Made by a program: the position numbers and the translations under genes
Part shown: piece by piece, positions 48,534 through 59,753 of the stretch
Position numbering within the stretch: position 1 is the stretch's first letter
How the letters are laid out: each line of letters begins with the position of its first letter
Notes under the pieces: generated by a model
Database searches by the model: none
Told to the model about the DNA's origin: nothing
What the model saw: the letters and a program-made list of their open reading frames with translations, nothing else
Virus record (IMG/VR): IMGVR_UViG_3300020473_000010
Span: 1-64,000 of that record
Strand: one strand, 5' to 3'
DNA: 64,000 bases

Positions 48534-48757
48534 TTTTTCACCGTCATTTCAACAGTTTGTTTAGCTTCAATAAGATATCCGTTATGTTGATACACAAATC
48601 TTTTAACAACTTCTTGTTTATTTACGCTGGCATAATTTGGGGTACGTTCCAGACAATCATGGGTTGTTTTTATCATGTTTTCTGTTACACCAATTTCAGA
48701 TAGTTCTAAAGCAAATCTTTTCATGAGTCTTTCATATTGTTCTTTGTTCATTTCCAT
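48524..48757 (-). CDS. Hypothetical protein
   Basis: Short ORF in operon. Confidence 0.5.
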   Translation of the reverse strand: MEMNKEQYERLMKRFALELSEIGVTENMIKTTHDCLERTPNYASVNKQEVVKRFVYQHNGYLIEAKQTVEMTVKKCK

Positions 48758-49485
48758 TATTTTTTCTCCATAACTGGCTTAAGCCAAATACTAGAGTTTT
48801 CACCTAGTAAAATATCCAGTGCTTTCTGAGTACAAGAATTACTAAAGAAACGAATGGCTTCGATTCCATGGTTCTTGAACATTTTTTGCAACTCTTCTCT
48901 TATACGCTCTGTTGAAACAGTATCATCCATCCAGAGCCATGGCAACGGAGATTTAAGTTCAGCATCCAAATCCGGATGTGGAAAAAGTCCTTTGGTTATA
49001 ATAAATCTCGCGGCCCGAAGTATCCGCAAACCGTCCTCATGAATTCTTTCCTTTGTATCTCCAACACACCGGATTATACGATGCTCCAAGTCGAATGAGC
49101 CATCGAAAGGGTCGATAATATCACCTATAGGCTCAAGGGTCTTGGGGTCGACTTCACGAGCCATAGCATTGACTGTAAAATCTCGTCGAGCCAAATCATC
49201 TAGCAGAGTCCCAGGTTCAACGTGGTCTGGATGACGTCCGTCAGAGCTCGAACCGTCCTTGCGACACATAACAACATCAATAGCTGTACCATTTGGCATC
49301 ATGCCGCGGATTGTAAAAAACTGAGGTGTGACAACAAACACTCGCTCCATAGTGTCGTTACACCAGGCAAGCAAACCTCCCCACCCATTTGGTGACTCAG
49401 CACAAAAGTCTCGATCGGGAGGATTATCAATCCCCATTAATTCGTCGCGGATTGAGCCGCCTACTTCAAATAGTCTAATTGTCAT
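48757..49485 (-). CDS. cca: tRNA nucleotidyltransferase (CCA/poly(A) polymerase family, class II, short)
   Basis: VGGSIRD, DRDF, DDLARRDFTVNAMA, EDGLRILRAARF, VSTERIREEL. Confidence 0.85.
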   Translation of the reverse strand: MTIRLFEVGGSIRDELMGIDNPPDRDFCAESPNGWGGLLAWCNDTMERVFVVTPQFFTIRGMMPNGTAIDVVMCRKDGSSSDGRHPDHVEPGTLLDDLARRDFTVNAMAREVDPKTLEPIGDIIDPFDGSFDLEHRIIRCVGDTKERIHEDGLRILRAARFIITKGLFPHPDLDAELKSPLPWLWMDDTVSTERIREELQKMFKNHGIEAIRFFSNSCTQKALDILLGENSSIWLKPVMEKK

Positions 49486-49637
49486 GTTTTTTACCTTTGT
49501 GCTTGAGTTTTCGTGTATAAGATTTTTTAGATTTATGTTTGCCAGCTCCAGAACGCTGAAATGCATAAACTGCAATCCAATTTCTAGATTTAGGAAGTTT
49601 AATTTTAATTGGTTTTTGAGATTTCTTCATGTTTTCC

Positions 49638-49955
49638 TTATGCGGATATACCAAATTTTTCTTCTAGATTGTCTGCCAAAGCAATTATTGCTTGTTCAGC
49701 AATATAAGAGTCTATTGTTGCTTGGTCAATAATTTCTTGCTCTTCACTATTCGGAGAAGAGGAAGCTGAATTGATCTGAATATTGCATTCTTCGCAGACA
49801 TCGATTATGTCTTTTATTGCAATAAGAACCCCTGTAATAATTGCTTGGTTTTTAAGGCCTTCATTCATTTTTTCAAACGGGGTTAAATGATTATTCATGT
49901 TTTCTCCATGTAGGTTGATTTTTTTCTTATGTATATAATTTAACTTGTTTATCAA
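49638..49955 (-). CDS. Hypothetical protein (probable start about 49898)
   Basis: RBS GGAG before MNNHL; own promoter. Confidence 0.5.
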   Translation of the reverse strand: MINKLNYIHKKKINLHGENMNNHLTPFEKMNEGLKNQAIITGVLIAIKDIIDVCEECNIQINSASSSPNSEEQEIIDQATIDSYIAEQAIIALADNLEEKFGISA

Positions 49956-49965
49956 GTCATTACAC
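49937..49965 (-). promoter_or_regulatory. Phage promoter
   Basis: GTGTAA-17-TAAATT. Confidence 0.6.
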
Positions 49966-49998
49966 AGGTTTTAAAATAAAAAATAATATAAATTCTAC

Positions 49999-50027
49999 TT
50001 GTAAAACTAAACCGTTTACAATATAAT
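49999..50027 (+). promoter_or_regulatory. sigma70-like promoter for the methyltransferase
   Basis: TTGTAA-17-TATAAT. Confidence 0.7.
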
Positions 50028-50054
50028 AATAATGACTGTTCAAAAGGAGAAAAT

Positions 50055-50990
50055 ATGACAATCAAAACCAAGACTATTGATAAAGAAGAACTAAAACGAT
50101 ATCGCGAGGAATTTAATCGCACACACCTTTCAGTGGAGACAGCAATGCAAAGAATTCAATTACATAGAGATTATATTGCTCATGCAGCACGCTATTCCCA
50201 TGTTGTTGGAAAACACCTTAATTCAACAGCCGTTCGTAAATTAAACGAAGGAAAAGGTCCAACTATTCTTGATATTGGTTGTGGGCCGGAACTTCAGCTT
50301 CTTAATTCTATCCATTGTAATCGAGTAAAGTGTTCAGAATATCTTGGTTTAGAAGCAGCAGATAAATTTAAACAAAAAGGAACTGAACGTCTTGAAAAAA
50401 CCGTTTTGACTGGGAAGTCAAATTCAGTTAGAAACGTTTCTCTTCATGCACGGGCAGATTTTCTGACCCATGTTTTTCCGGAAAATAAAACCTTTGATAC
50501 TATAGTTTGTCTTGAAGTAATTGAGCACGTACAGCCACATCAGGCGAATCATTTTTTGAGACGAGCTAAAACTTTGATGCATGAAGATTCAGTATTTTGG
50601 GTTTCGACACCTTGTTATGATGAAAAAATGGGGGCAGCAGATAATCACCCAAATGAGATGACATACGAAGCTTTAGGAGCACTCATGGAAGATCTGGGTT
50701 TTGCTGTTGAGGAAGTTTGGGGTACCTTTGCTTCTAGAAAAGATTATAAACACCTAATTGGAACAACTATTCCACAGGATTTGTTTGATAAACTTTCTGC
50801 TTATTATGATTCTACTTTGGTAAGTAACATTATGGCACCTTTGGTTGGAGCGGAAAACAGCAGAAATGCACTTTGGAAACTTCGAAAACGACAGCCTGAA
50901 AATTACGAAAGAAAGTTTGATGGTCTGCCTTTTGTTGAAGGGCCATGGAGTAATAACGAAAACTGGAAAGAGCTAATGGGTAAAATGTAA
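50055..50990 (+). CDS. Class I SAM-dependent methyltransferase
   Basis: ILDIGCG, FDTIVCLEVIEHV, VSTP; RBS AAGGAG. Confidence 0.85.
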   Translation: MTIKTKTIDKEELKRYREEFNRTHLSVETAMQRIQLHRDYIAHAARYSHVVGKHLNSTAVRKLNEGKGPTILDIGCGPELQLLNSIHCNRVKCSEYLGLEAADKFKQKGTERLEKTVLTGKSNSVRNVSLHARADFLTHVFPENKTFDTIVCLEVIEHVQPHQANHFLRRAKTLMHEDSVFWVSTPCYDEKMGAADNHPNEMTYEALGALMEDLGFAVEEVWGTFASRKDYKHLIGTTIPQDLFDKLSAYYDSTLVSNIMAPLVGAENSRNALWKLRKRQPENYERKFDGLPFVEGPWSNNENWKELMGKM

Positions 50991-51008
50991 ATTAATATTT
51001 ATATCATT

Positions 51009-51043
51009 AAAAAAATTAAGCCGCTTTCAGCGGCTTTCTTTTT
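51009..51043. terminator. Bidirectional terminator
   Basis: AAGCCGC/GCGGCTT hairpin flanked by A- and T-runs between convergent genes. Confidence 0.75.
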
Positions 51044-51629
51044 ATATACCAAAAGATATATGGGCGGATATTCCTGATTGAGGTTCGGCTCGATGCCAAT
51101 AATGTCTTGGAATGTATAACCCAGTATTTTGATAAGTTAATTTCGAATCAAGCAATCGATTTGGTGGGTTTGGATGATCTTTCCAATATGGTGGAGAATC
51201 TTTTAAGTTGTTTTTATGTAACCACCATTTCTTTTTTCCAAATATTTGGAAAATTAAAACATGATGATCATCATAGTGTCTAGGCAACCCTTTTATATCA
51301 AAGTTGTTTAAATAAAAATTTGCAGTAATATTGGACTGAAAATAATCTTGAAGTTTCTGTTTAAAGTTTTTGATTTCTTTTGATATTAAATCGATATTCA
51401 ATATTTGAAAAAAACAATCATTGACCATCTTTTCTGATGGAGTATCTTTGCACAAAGGTAGAGAATCTAAGTTTTTTAATGAGTTGTTTCTATATCTTAC
51501 TTCTAAACCGTTTTCGTAAGCAAGTATAGGTATTTTTAAACACGTTTGTAAGGAAGCAGAAAAAATATTTGTATTAAAATTAAAGGGCTCGTTATTCCAA
51601 TATGGTTTTATAGAATTTATAAATTCCAT
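51042..51629 (-). CDS. JmjC/cupin 2OG-Fe(II) oxygenase (RoxA/YcfD-like)
   Basis: ANFYL...GLPRHYD.HHV...Q..GKK.W...LYIPR..WH. Confidence 0.8.
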   Translation of the reverse strand: MEFINSIKPYWNNEPFNFNTNIFSASLQTCLKIPILAYENGLEVRYRNNSLKNLDSLPLCKDTPSEKMVNDCFFQILNIDLISKEIKNFKQKLQDYFQSNITANFYLNNFDIKGLPRHYDDHHVLIFQIFGKKKWWLHKNNLKDSPPYWKDHPNPPNRLLDSKLTYQNTGLYIPRHYWHRAEPQSGISAHISFGI

Positions 51630-51630
51630 T

Positions 51631-51816
51631 TTACCTCTTTTTGTCTTGCTTTTTTCCTAGAGATTTTTTGATTTTCTTATCTTGTTCTTCAAGTTCAATA
51701 ATTTTATTTTCTATATGATCCAACCTATGTTGGGTAGTATAATAAAATCCAGCTAATGCTACAATAACACCTATAATTGGAATAAGTGCTTTGATGTTTT
51801 CTATTGTTTTTTCCAT
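51631..51816 (-). CDS. Small membrane-anchored protein
   Basis: One TM segment plus coiled coil. Confidence 0.5.
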   Translation of the reverse strand: MEKTIENIKALIPIIGVIVALAGFYYTTQHRLDHIENKIIELEEQDKKIKKSLGKKQDKKR

Positions 51817-51835
51817 AAAGGTTCCCCCCTTTATT

Positions 51836-52312
51836 TTATACACAAGCGACGAATATTTCTAGATCAACTGCTGATGTATCTGCGATCGCATTAATTGAAG
51901 CTAAGTTTGCCAAACTAGAGTGCGGGTTTGTGATTGCGGTATTGTCAGCTATCATAACACTAGCCAAGCCACCAGACAAATCCCCGTTGATAATCATCGA
52001 CTGACCATAATCTAATTTTAGAGCCGCTTCACCTTCTATAGAATTTACCAATGTTATAACAACGTGATTAGCATCATCTAAATTTGTTATCCTTATGTAT
52101 TTAACATTTCCTAAAACATATGTTCCATTAGCAACAGCTGAACCAAAAGCTAATATTTGGGCTTCTGTAGTAGTAACACTCACGATTCTTTTAGAAATTT
52201 CTGCTATGAGAGGAATTGATAAAACATTAGAAGACTTATAATTTGAACCATTCAAAACTATCTCTTCTGTAAGAGTAACTTTAAGAGTTTGTGTTTTTAC
52301 TGTTGATGCCAT
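51836..52312 (-). CDS. Putative virion structural protein
   Basis: Beta-rich; YIRITNLDD.N.V; ends DLEIFVA. Confidence 0.55.
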   Translation of the reverse strand: MASTVKTQTLKVTLTEEIVLNGSNYKSSNVLSIPLIAEISKRIVSVTTTEAQILAFGSAVANGTYVLGNVKYIRITNLDDANHVVITLVNSIEGEAALKLDYGQSMIINGDLSGGLASVMIADNTAITNPHSSLANLASINAIADTSAVDLEIFVACV

Positions 52313-52331
52313 TGTAAATTACCTTTATAGA

Positions 52332-55300
52332 TTATCGTCTCGTATATCGATCCACTGCGCCTTTTAGGCCGGCAGATGGTTTGGATCCAGAAGCGTAAAC
52401 TATCCCTTCTTGATCGTCTAACCAAACTATTCCTTCTTCAGTTAGTTCATCGATAATATCAAACCCAGCGGCGCCGAACAAACTGTTGATTTCATCTAAA
52501 GATACTCCGTCTGGCCTAGATGCTAAATCCAAAATATCTGCGTATGGATGTACGTGGTCTTCTGCTAAAATTCTTTTATATTCTTCTCTAATAATTCTTT
52601 TGAGTTGTCTTTTCGTAATTTTCACTTTGTTTTCCTTGTTTGTTAGCTTGTTAGATTCGGTCATTCCCATTGCTTGAGCAGCTCGAGCATTAGCTTTAAC
52701 GTTTATTTGTTCGCGACTATTTACGGCGTCGTATGCTCTTAGTTTACCAAGTTCACCTTTGGTAGAAACACCCGAATCAACATATCGCCCTTCTACTTCA
52801 TCCATTACAACCCAGCCGCCATTCCAGCCTGCATCATCATCCCAACCACCATCAAAATAGTCATCTAAGTCCGGATATAATTTGCGAAGTTGGCGAAGTT
52901 CATCTCCACCAGTTAAATCGTCTAGCAATCGGTTTCTAGCTGCTCTTCGACCGTGGGCTGTTTCGTTAATAATTTGTTTAAGGTGTTGCTTTGAAATTTT
53001 CATATTATTATTGTCTTTCCATATCAACCATCGGATGTAATGCGTCCATATATCTTCTTAGATCATCGATTAATTCAATCAGCCAATCGTCATCTATGTC
53101 AGCATTTGCATCATCATACATTTTTGCTTCTTCCAGTGAAGCTAAAGCAGCTTCAATAAACCCAAGCTTTTTACTATATGAATATTGTTTTCCTCCCATT
53201 GCACTTTCGAAAGATTTGGTATAATCATCAATATTTTCATTTACTGGGCTAGTCGGGAAATTTGACGGATTTCCTTTTAAGCTTTCTCGAATGATTCTTC
53301 TTAATTTATTTTTTGTTAATCTCATTTTTGTTATCTCCTAGAAGTCTCTTTTGCTTCTTGTTTGCCATCTTTCCAATTGAACATATAATATTCGTTATCC
53401 GGATGTTGGGGTTCGACATTATTAAGTCCATCCATATATCCTAATTCCATCATGTCTTCCATTTTTCCTTCATCTCCACCAAGTTCTTCATATGTAGAAG
53501 ACATTGAATAGTTTCTACTGGCCATGCCATGCGCAGATGGGTCAACGCGAGCAAGGATTCCATTATACCAATATCCTCGAGCATGTTCAGGTCTTCCAGA
53601 AACTTCCCAAGCTTCTTCTACGAGTTCAGCTATTTCTTCCATAATTTCCTTAAACCTTGGAGCATCTCCTTGGAGCCTGGATTCTTTAAGAAGTTTTTGC
53701 TTTTCTTCTTTGATAATTCTTTTTAACTGTCGTTTTGTAAGTTTCATCAGTCTCGCCACCCAGGAGCCGCGCGGCTTTGTCTTATTTGGGATTTTGCATA
53801 TCTTCTCATATCTTTTCTGCCAGCTTTTGTAGCTTCTCTATCTAGCTCTTTGTTTCTTCGGTATCTTTCTTTTCGCTTAAGTTCCGTTTGGAATTTATCG
53901 CGGGCATCATCCAGGTAACTAGTCAACCTCTGATCTCTTTGATCATGCACATAATCGCCTCGAGGCCATAATCCAGTAGCATCTAAAGCTTGAAATATAA
54001 TATCAGTCTTTTGATAGTGGTGACCTAATCGATCAGATAGATTATCGATTACTAACTGGTTAAGATTGGCTTTCTGTTCGGGGGATAACTTTCTTGTATT
54101 TATTCTAAGATATTTTAAGAGTTTATTGGTTTCAGTATGCAAGCGAACTCGACCTTCTGAAAGGATGATTTGCTTTCTAATTACTTTTCTTAGTTGGCGT
54201 TCTGTGATTTTCATTATACATTTCCTCCCCAACCATAAGACGCATCTAAAGCATCGAAAACATCGGTTTCTGAGGCTTCATTAATTTCATACATATGCTC
54301 AGCTAATTCCTCTGCTTCATCCTGTGATAATCCTCGAGGAGACATTGCAGCATCCATTGTTGCAAAATCTTTATACCTCATCATGAAAGCTAGTTCATCT
54401 AAATCTAATACTCCAATATCCATTGCTTTGGCAAAACTATACCAGTTTGATTCTTGTGGAGGAAGACGGTTGCCCTTACGTGCATCGATTAAACGCTGAC
54501 CATATGTTGCGACTGGTTTTCTTTGATGAGATCGCCCACCAAAGGTTTCTTTATCCCAATCTTCTTTTAGGAGTTTAGTGAATTCTTCTCGGATAATTCT
54601 CTTCAATTGTCTTTTAGTAATTTTCATTCCATCTTCCTTTTAAAGTGTTACTCTTGATCCCAAGAACGACCTTTTGGTTTCCACGATTTCGAAGGTTTTT
54701 CTTGTGCTCCCATAAGATCTGATTTTAATTTATCAAGGGCTACATGAGCTGCATCAATATATTCAAGTTTGTTATACCAATTACGATCCATTCCTCCTAA
54801 AAGTCCTTCAAGTTCTCTTTTAACACTCCACATGAAATCATCAAGTTCTTGAATTTGGCGAGGCCCAATTTTATAAGAGGTATTTTCGGTGAGAAGTTTC
54901 TCTTTTTCTTCTCTAATAATTCTCTTGAGTTGTCTTTTTGTAAGCTTCATGTTCATTCTCCGGAATAATTTTGATCATACATGTTATCTAACCAACTTTC
55001 AAACCATTCTCTTAAATTTTCAGCAGCCATATCGAATGCTGCATTTGCTTCTTCAGCAGAAATACCGCCAGAGCTTTGATGGTTAATATTTTCATTGACA
55101 AAAGAATCCAATAAAGCCTCTAGAGCAAAAGAAGCGTCTTCACTTTGTCTTCCATGCATTTCCGAAAGAAGTTTTTGCTTTTCTTCTTTGATTATATTCT
55201 TCAATTGTCTTTTGGTAAGCTTCATGTACAACAGCCTTTTTCACAATTGCAACACCCACAGCAGCAGCAACAGTGTTTGTCATTAAATAAATTTGCAAGT

Positions 55301-58201
55301 CGGTGTAATATCTTTTTCATTTTTAATATCCTTTTCTATCTGGCGGAAGTGTCATTTCGGAGAACCAACCCATTTCCCAGGCATCTGCTAAATGTTTGTT
55401 ATGTGGTTCTACCTTTGGGTTTGTGACTATATTCTCTCCTGCTAAAGCTGCAGCGGATCCTTCTTCGTAAGCACTTTGTTCTTCAAAACTTAAATTTAAA
55501 AACTCTTGTTCTCTTTGAAGAGAATCCCATTTTTTATCTGGGGGCTTATGTGGTTGGTATCCATGAGAATCTTCGAAACTTTCTAAACTATCATAAACAT
55601 CCGTTTCACGAGAATCCGGAACAAAATTGCCCCAGCGCTGGAAATCTTTTTTCATTTCCTTTTGAACTAAATATGGAACTTCTTCTAATGTTTCCCGTAT
55701 AATTCTTCTTAGCTGTTTTCTTGTGAATTTCATTTTAATTTCTCTCAGAGGCCTGAATACATGTCCATAGCAGCTTCGAAGGCTTCAGCAACTGAAAGGT
55801 CTCCAATGCCAATTCCATCGATATCTTCTACAACAGCATCAGCTGGCATAGGATGTCCATGGTCATCCTCGAATTGAGAGAGAAAATCGCCAATATTCAT
55901 ATTATTGTGGTAATACTCTCCAAGGTTATAAGAAGTATCAGATTCATTAACAAAAATCTCAAGGTCCTGGCCATTAGAGGTTGGTTGTATCCAAAGGGTT
56001 AACCTCATGTGTCGGCTTTCACTAAGAATACGGTTGTATTCTTCTCTAATAATTCTTTTTAGTTGTCTTTTTGTGATTCTCATTATTTCGCCTTATTGTT
56101 AAATAAAATTTATTATCTGGAAGCTATCCAAGCAATCATAGGTGTGTAAGAAGATTCAGGAAAACGGGGATGCATTGGGAATTTGCCGCGTTTATATTTT
56201 CTTATTCCAGCAGCTATTTCCTTTACAGCCGGTAAGTCTCGGACAAAGAGTGCGCTGTCTTCATGGTTCAAGATGGCTTCCATTGCGTCATTAACCCCAA
56301 CAGAATTTAATTCTTCTGCAGCTACATCGACCAACTCAAGTGAGATGAGACCTTCAGCTAAGGCAGATTCACAAAACCCTGGAATATCATACCAATCTTT
56401 ATGATATATTCCAGCCTCTTCTGCTTGGGCTGCCAAGTCTTCACTGTGAAACGCAGATTCTCTAATAAAGCCTTTCCGCTTGAGCTTATTATACTCTTCT
56501 TTAATAATTCTCTTAAGTTGTCTTTTTGAAATTTTCATTTTGTTTTATCCTAAAAATCTGAACCGGACTCTCTTTGTTCGGCAGCCGCAGCATTCCATTC
56601 ATTTTCTATTGCTTGATAAATCTCGTCACCAAAATACTTGGTGTCTATTCCAGGAAACTGTCGAGCAAAAACCTGTAGTATTTGGTTGAAAAGATCCATT
56701 ATTTCTGGGCTATCTTCCATATATTGAGGGGCTTCCTTGATAAGCTTCTGCTTTTCTTCGCGTATAATTCTTTTCAATTGTCTTTTTGAAATTTTCATTG
56801 TTGGATTTACCTCACGCATGGGAAAATGGTTACTTGTTAAATCATTTGAACGAATTCATCAAAATCATCTGCCGCGAATGAATCTCCTTCCATGTACATG
56901 TTAACATACCAGTCTTTAAGTTCGTCTAGTGGACCGGTAACTTCCACTTCTGGAAAACCGTTTGGTCCCTCTCCATAGACTTGTACTTCAAGATCTGGGT
57001 ACCTGCCTTGAATCGCAGTTGCTGGATCAACTTCTGCTCCCCAATCTACCATAATCCCAGCTTGTGGCCCATATGATTCACGGATTAATCCTCGTCGTTT
57101 TAATCTAGAATATTCTTCTCTAATAATTCTCTTAAGTTGTCTTTTTGTGATTTTCATTTTTGTTTTCCTTAAATAGCTATTTGTGCTTGTTATCGTCGAC
57201 GTTTATACGAATAATCGCTAGCACTGGCTCTACCGCCAATAAAATCATCGTGGTCTTGTGGTCCAACAGAATCAGCAAGGTCCATCCAAGCGGAAGCTGG
57301 TAATCCTATAAAAGATTCTAGCTGTTGAACAGAACCTCCAATCCAGTCATCGCCATAGCCGCCGCCTTCAAAAAACTCTATTCCGCCCAACCCTTGTTCG
57401 GCATCCCCAAGTAAATCTCTGCTGCTATCACCGGTAAGCTGTGCAATATCTCCAAGAGTAATCCACTGAAGCCCTTGAGCAGATTCGCGAAGCAAACCCT
57501 GTTTTTTTAATCTAGAATACTCTTCTCTAATAATTCTCTTAAGTTGTCTTTTTGTAAGTCTCATTTTGTTTTCCTATTGTTGTAACATTGCTTGCAAGTT
57601 TGCAATGATATGTGGGATTTCGCTTTTCGGAAATTCTAGGAGTGTTCTTCCGAGCTCCATATAAACCGTACCGTTGACGAACATAGTCATATGTATCCCG
57701 CCAGGTGTTTCACCCATCCATGCTTGTTCATGCCCTGGATCATCTTCAAAATCAGGGTGGGAATCTTGCCACTCAGTAAGAATCTTTTGCTTCTCTTCTC
57801 TGATAATTCTTTTGAGTTGTCTTTTTGTAATTTTCATCAATAAACCCCTATTAATCGATTGGTAGACCAGCTACGTAATCATCCCATACCTGTGATAATT
57901 CTCCAGTAGACCCTCGAGAATCATATGCTAATCTCCAAAGATAATCTTCAAGCATAGGATCTGGATATTCAACGCCAGCAGCTGCAGCTAATTGGCTTAA
58001 TAATTCCTCTGCTTGATCATCCTTTCTGTTTTGAACCAATTGCTGAAAGTGATCCAAACTTCCCACTTGTGGTGGAACTCCGCTTTTTTTCGCATGAGAA
58101 GCATACGGCTCATCGAAGGTTTCTCTAATCAAGCCTTGTCGCTTCAGCCTAGAGTATTCTTCTCTAATAATTCTTCTTAATTGTCTTTTTGTCAGTCTCA
58201 T
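52332..58201 (-). repeat. Tandem array of 15 genes with MK(I/L)TKRQLKRIIREE leaders and unrelated, mostly acidic cargo
   Basis: ORFs 52332, 53008, 53331, 53747, 54214, 54648, 54953, 55323, 55745, 56113, 56550, 56837, 57190, 57574, 57851; identical 35-nt DNA at 57114-57148 and 57521-57555. Confidence 0.9.
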
Positions 58202-58255
58202 TTGTTTTTCTCCTAAACGTAAATTTACGGGGGGCTCAGACTATAAATCCCCCAA

Positions 58256-58498
58256 TTAAAGATATACCTTAATGTATCCAGTATTAAATATGTCGTTGGA
58301 TTGTATTTTCTCGAAAGAATATCTATCCAAGACAGCAAGAACCAATGTTTTCATTCGATATGATTTTCCTGTGATAATCATAGCCCAACCAGAATATTCT
58401 CTATGATTATAGATAAATCTATCTACTGTGTTTTCTACGTCCGCATGTTTTACTCCGTGAAGATCTAGTGTTGGGTTTTTTCTTTCTTTTTTTCCCAC
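58256..58498 (-). CDS. Smr/MutS2-domain protein
   Basis: LDLHG...IITGKS. Confidence 0.8.
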   Translation of the reverse strand: MGKKERKNPTLDLHGVKHADVENTVDRFIYNHREYSGWAMIITGKSYRMKTLVLAVLDRYSFEKIQSNDIFNTGYIKVYL

Positions 58499-58787
58499 GG
58501 CGTTTCCTTCGAATTGGTTTGAATTTAGATATATCCGGTGTTGCAGAAGTTATAAGCTTTCTCTTATCTGTCGGACTTAATTTCTTAACTACAGATTCTT
58601 CTGAAAGCGCAACACCTCGGCTATCTCCAACTTCGTAAAATCCAATCAACTTTACTGGCCTTCTGACCTTTGTATACTTCGCTCCAGCAGCCGTATGGTT
58701 GTGCTCATAGACGCGTCTCTGGACATCTTTGGTAATGCCTGTATATAAAGTGCCATCTTTACACTCTACTATGTATAGATACCAAAT
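58419..58787 (-). CDS. GIY-YIG nuclease family protein (UPF0213-like), non-ATG start
   Basis: Frame reads IWYLYIVECKDGTLYTGITKDVQRRVYEHN..GAKYT..RRPVKL...E..VKKL; starts ATT, 6 nt after AGGAG. Confidence 0.8.
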   Translation of the reverse strand: MWYLYIVECKDGTLYTGITKDVQRRVYEHNHTAAGAKYTKVRRPVKLIGFYEVGDSRGVALSEESVVKKLSPTDKRKLITSATPDISKFKPIRRKRRGKKRKKKPNTRSSRSKTCGRRKHSR

Positions 58788-58796
58788 ACGGATCTC

Positions 58797-59753
58797 CTAA
58801 AAGTGTATCTGGACCATCCATCCACGATTTTTGCTGGGTTTATAAAAGGATGTAATAAGTTTTCGACCATCTTCAAAAATAAGATTATATTTTTGTCTTT
58901 CGTTTTCACTATAATCTATAAACTTTTGTCCTTCTTCTATTTCGAAAGAAGAGTTTTTAAACAAGTTTGGTGGTGCTTCAAATAAATCCCATTGGTCACC
59001 GGTTGACCAAGTGTCTCCATTTTTAGTAATATGCGGTCTCATTACAACGTGAACATTTGAAAACCGACTTTCTAAATATTTTCCTAGGATTTTTTTATTT
59101 TTGTTAAGCCATTCAATATTTTTACCAGGAGAATATTCACAATATTTTTCTTCAAGTTGTTCCATCCAATGTGTAATATGACTAGGATCACTTGGAATTA
59201 GATGTTTAACTGAAAAATATGGATTGGTTGTTAAAGAACAAAAACAGCCTTTTCCTGGTTTTGTAGCTCCTCTGGATTTTATATGAAGTTCAATAGTAAT
59301 AGTTTCCCCGGGCATCCAATGACCTTTAGGTAAACCGGTGAATGAGGGCGGATATGATATAGGAATTGTAGAGTTATTTTCTATAGTCCAGATGACATCT
59401 GTATTTGCGTATTGGTTTTCTGGATATATTATTTCCTTTGTTGTCCAATAACTTCCTAGCTCAACTTCCGGAGCATATATTGTACGACTTGGCATTTCTT
59501 CAAAATAGTACATTGTAAGAACATTGTCTTCTTTATCTTTAAAAGCCCAGAATTCTTTTGTTTGAACTATTTTATATTTTGTATTTGGTAATGAAGCTAA
59601 AGCCATCCCTTCGTAAAAGTTTCCAATCATATGATTACGACCGGAACCCTGAGTCCGAGGGTTAACTTTGTTTTTACGATGCCATTGGGGGGATTTAAAT
59701 ATTATATCCTGGCCTTGCCATTGGATACGAACTGTTTTTGAAGAATTAGACAT
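58797..59753 (-). CDS. Hypothetical protein
   Basis: 318-aa ORF downstream of a phage promoter. Confidence 0.6.
   Translation of the reverse strand: MSNSSKTVRIQWQGQDIIFKSPQWHRKNKVNPRTQGSGRNHMIGNFYEGMALASLPNTKYKIVQTKEFWAFKDKEDNVLTMYYFEEMPSRTIYAPEVELGSYWTTKEIIYPENQYANTDVIWTIENNSTIPISYPPSFTGLPKGHWMPGETITIELHIKSRGATKPGKGCFCSLTTNPYFSVKHLIPSDPSHITHWMEQLEEKYCEYSPGKNIEWLNKNKKILGKYLESRFSNVHVVMRPHITKNGDTWSTGDQWDLFEAPPNLFKNSSFEIEEGQKFIDYSENERQKYNLIFEDGRKLITSFYKPSKNRGWMVQIHF

Noticed and set aside
52332-58201. CRISPR array
   Set aside because: Repeats are degenerate, encode protein leaders and are spaced 250-500 nt apart by open reading frames; no cas genes seen
58797-58799. Genome-wide TAG recoding (genetic code 15)
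   Set aside because: TAG ends other genes at sensible positions (4594, 14449, 18096), and conserved enzymes are intact under code 11
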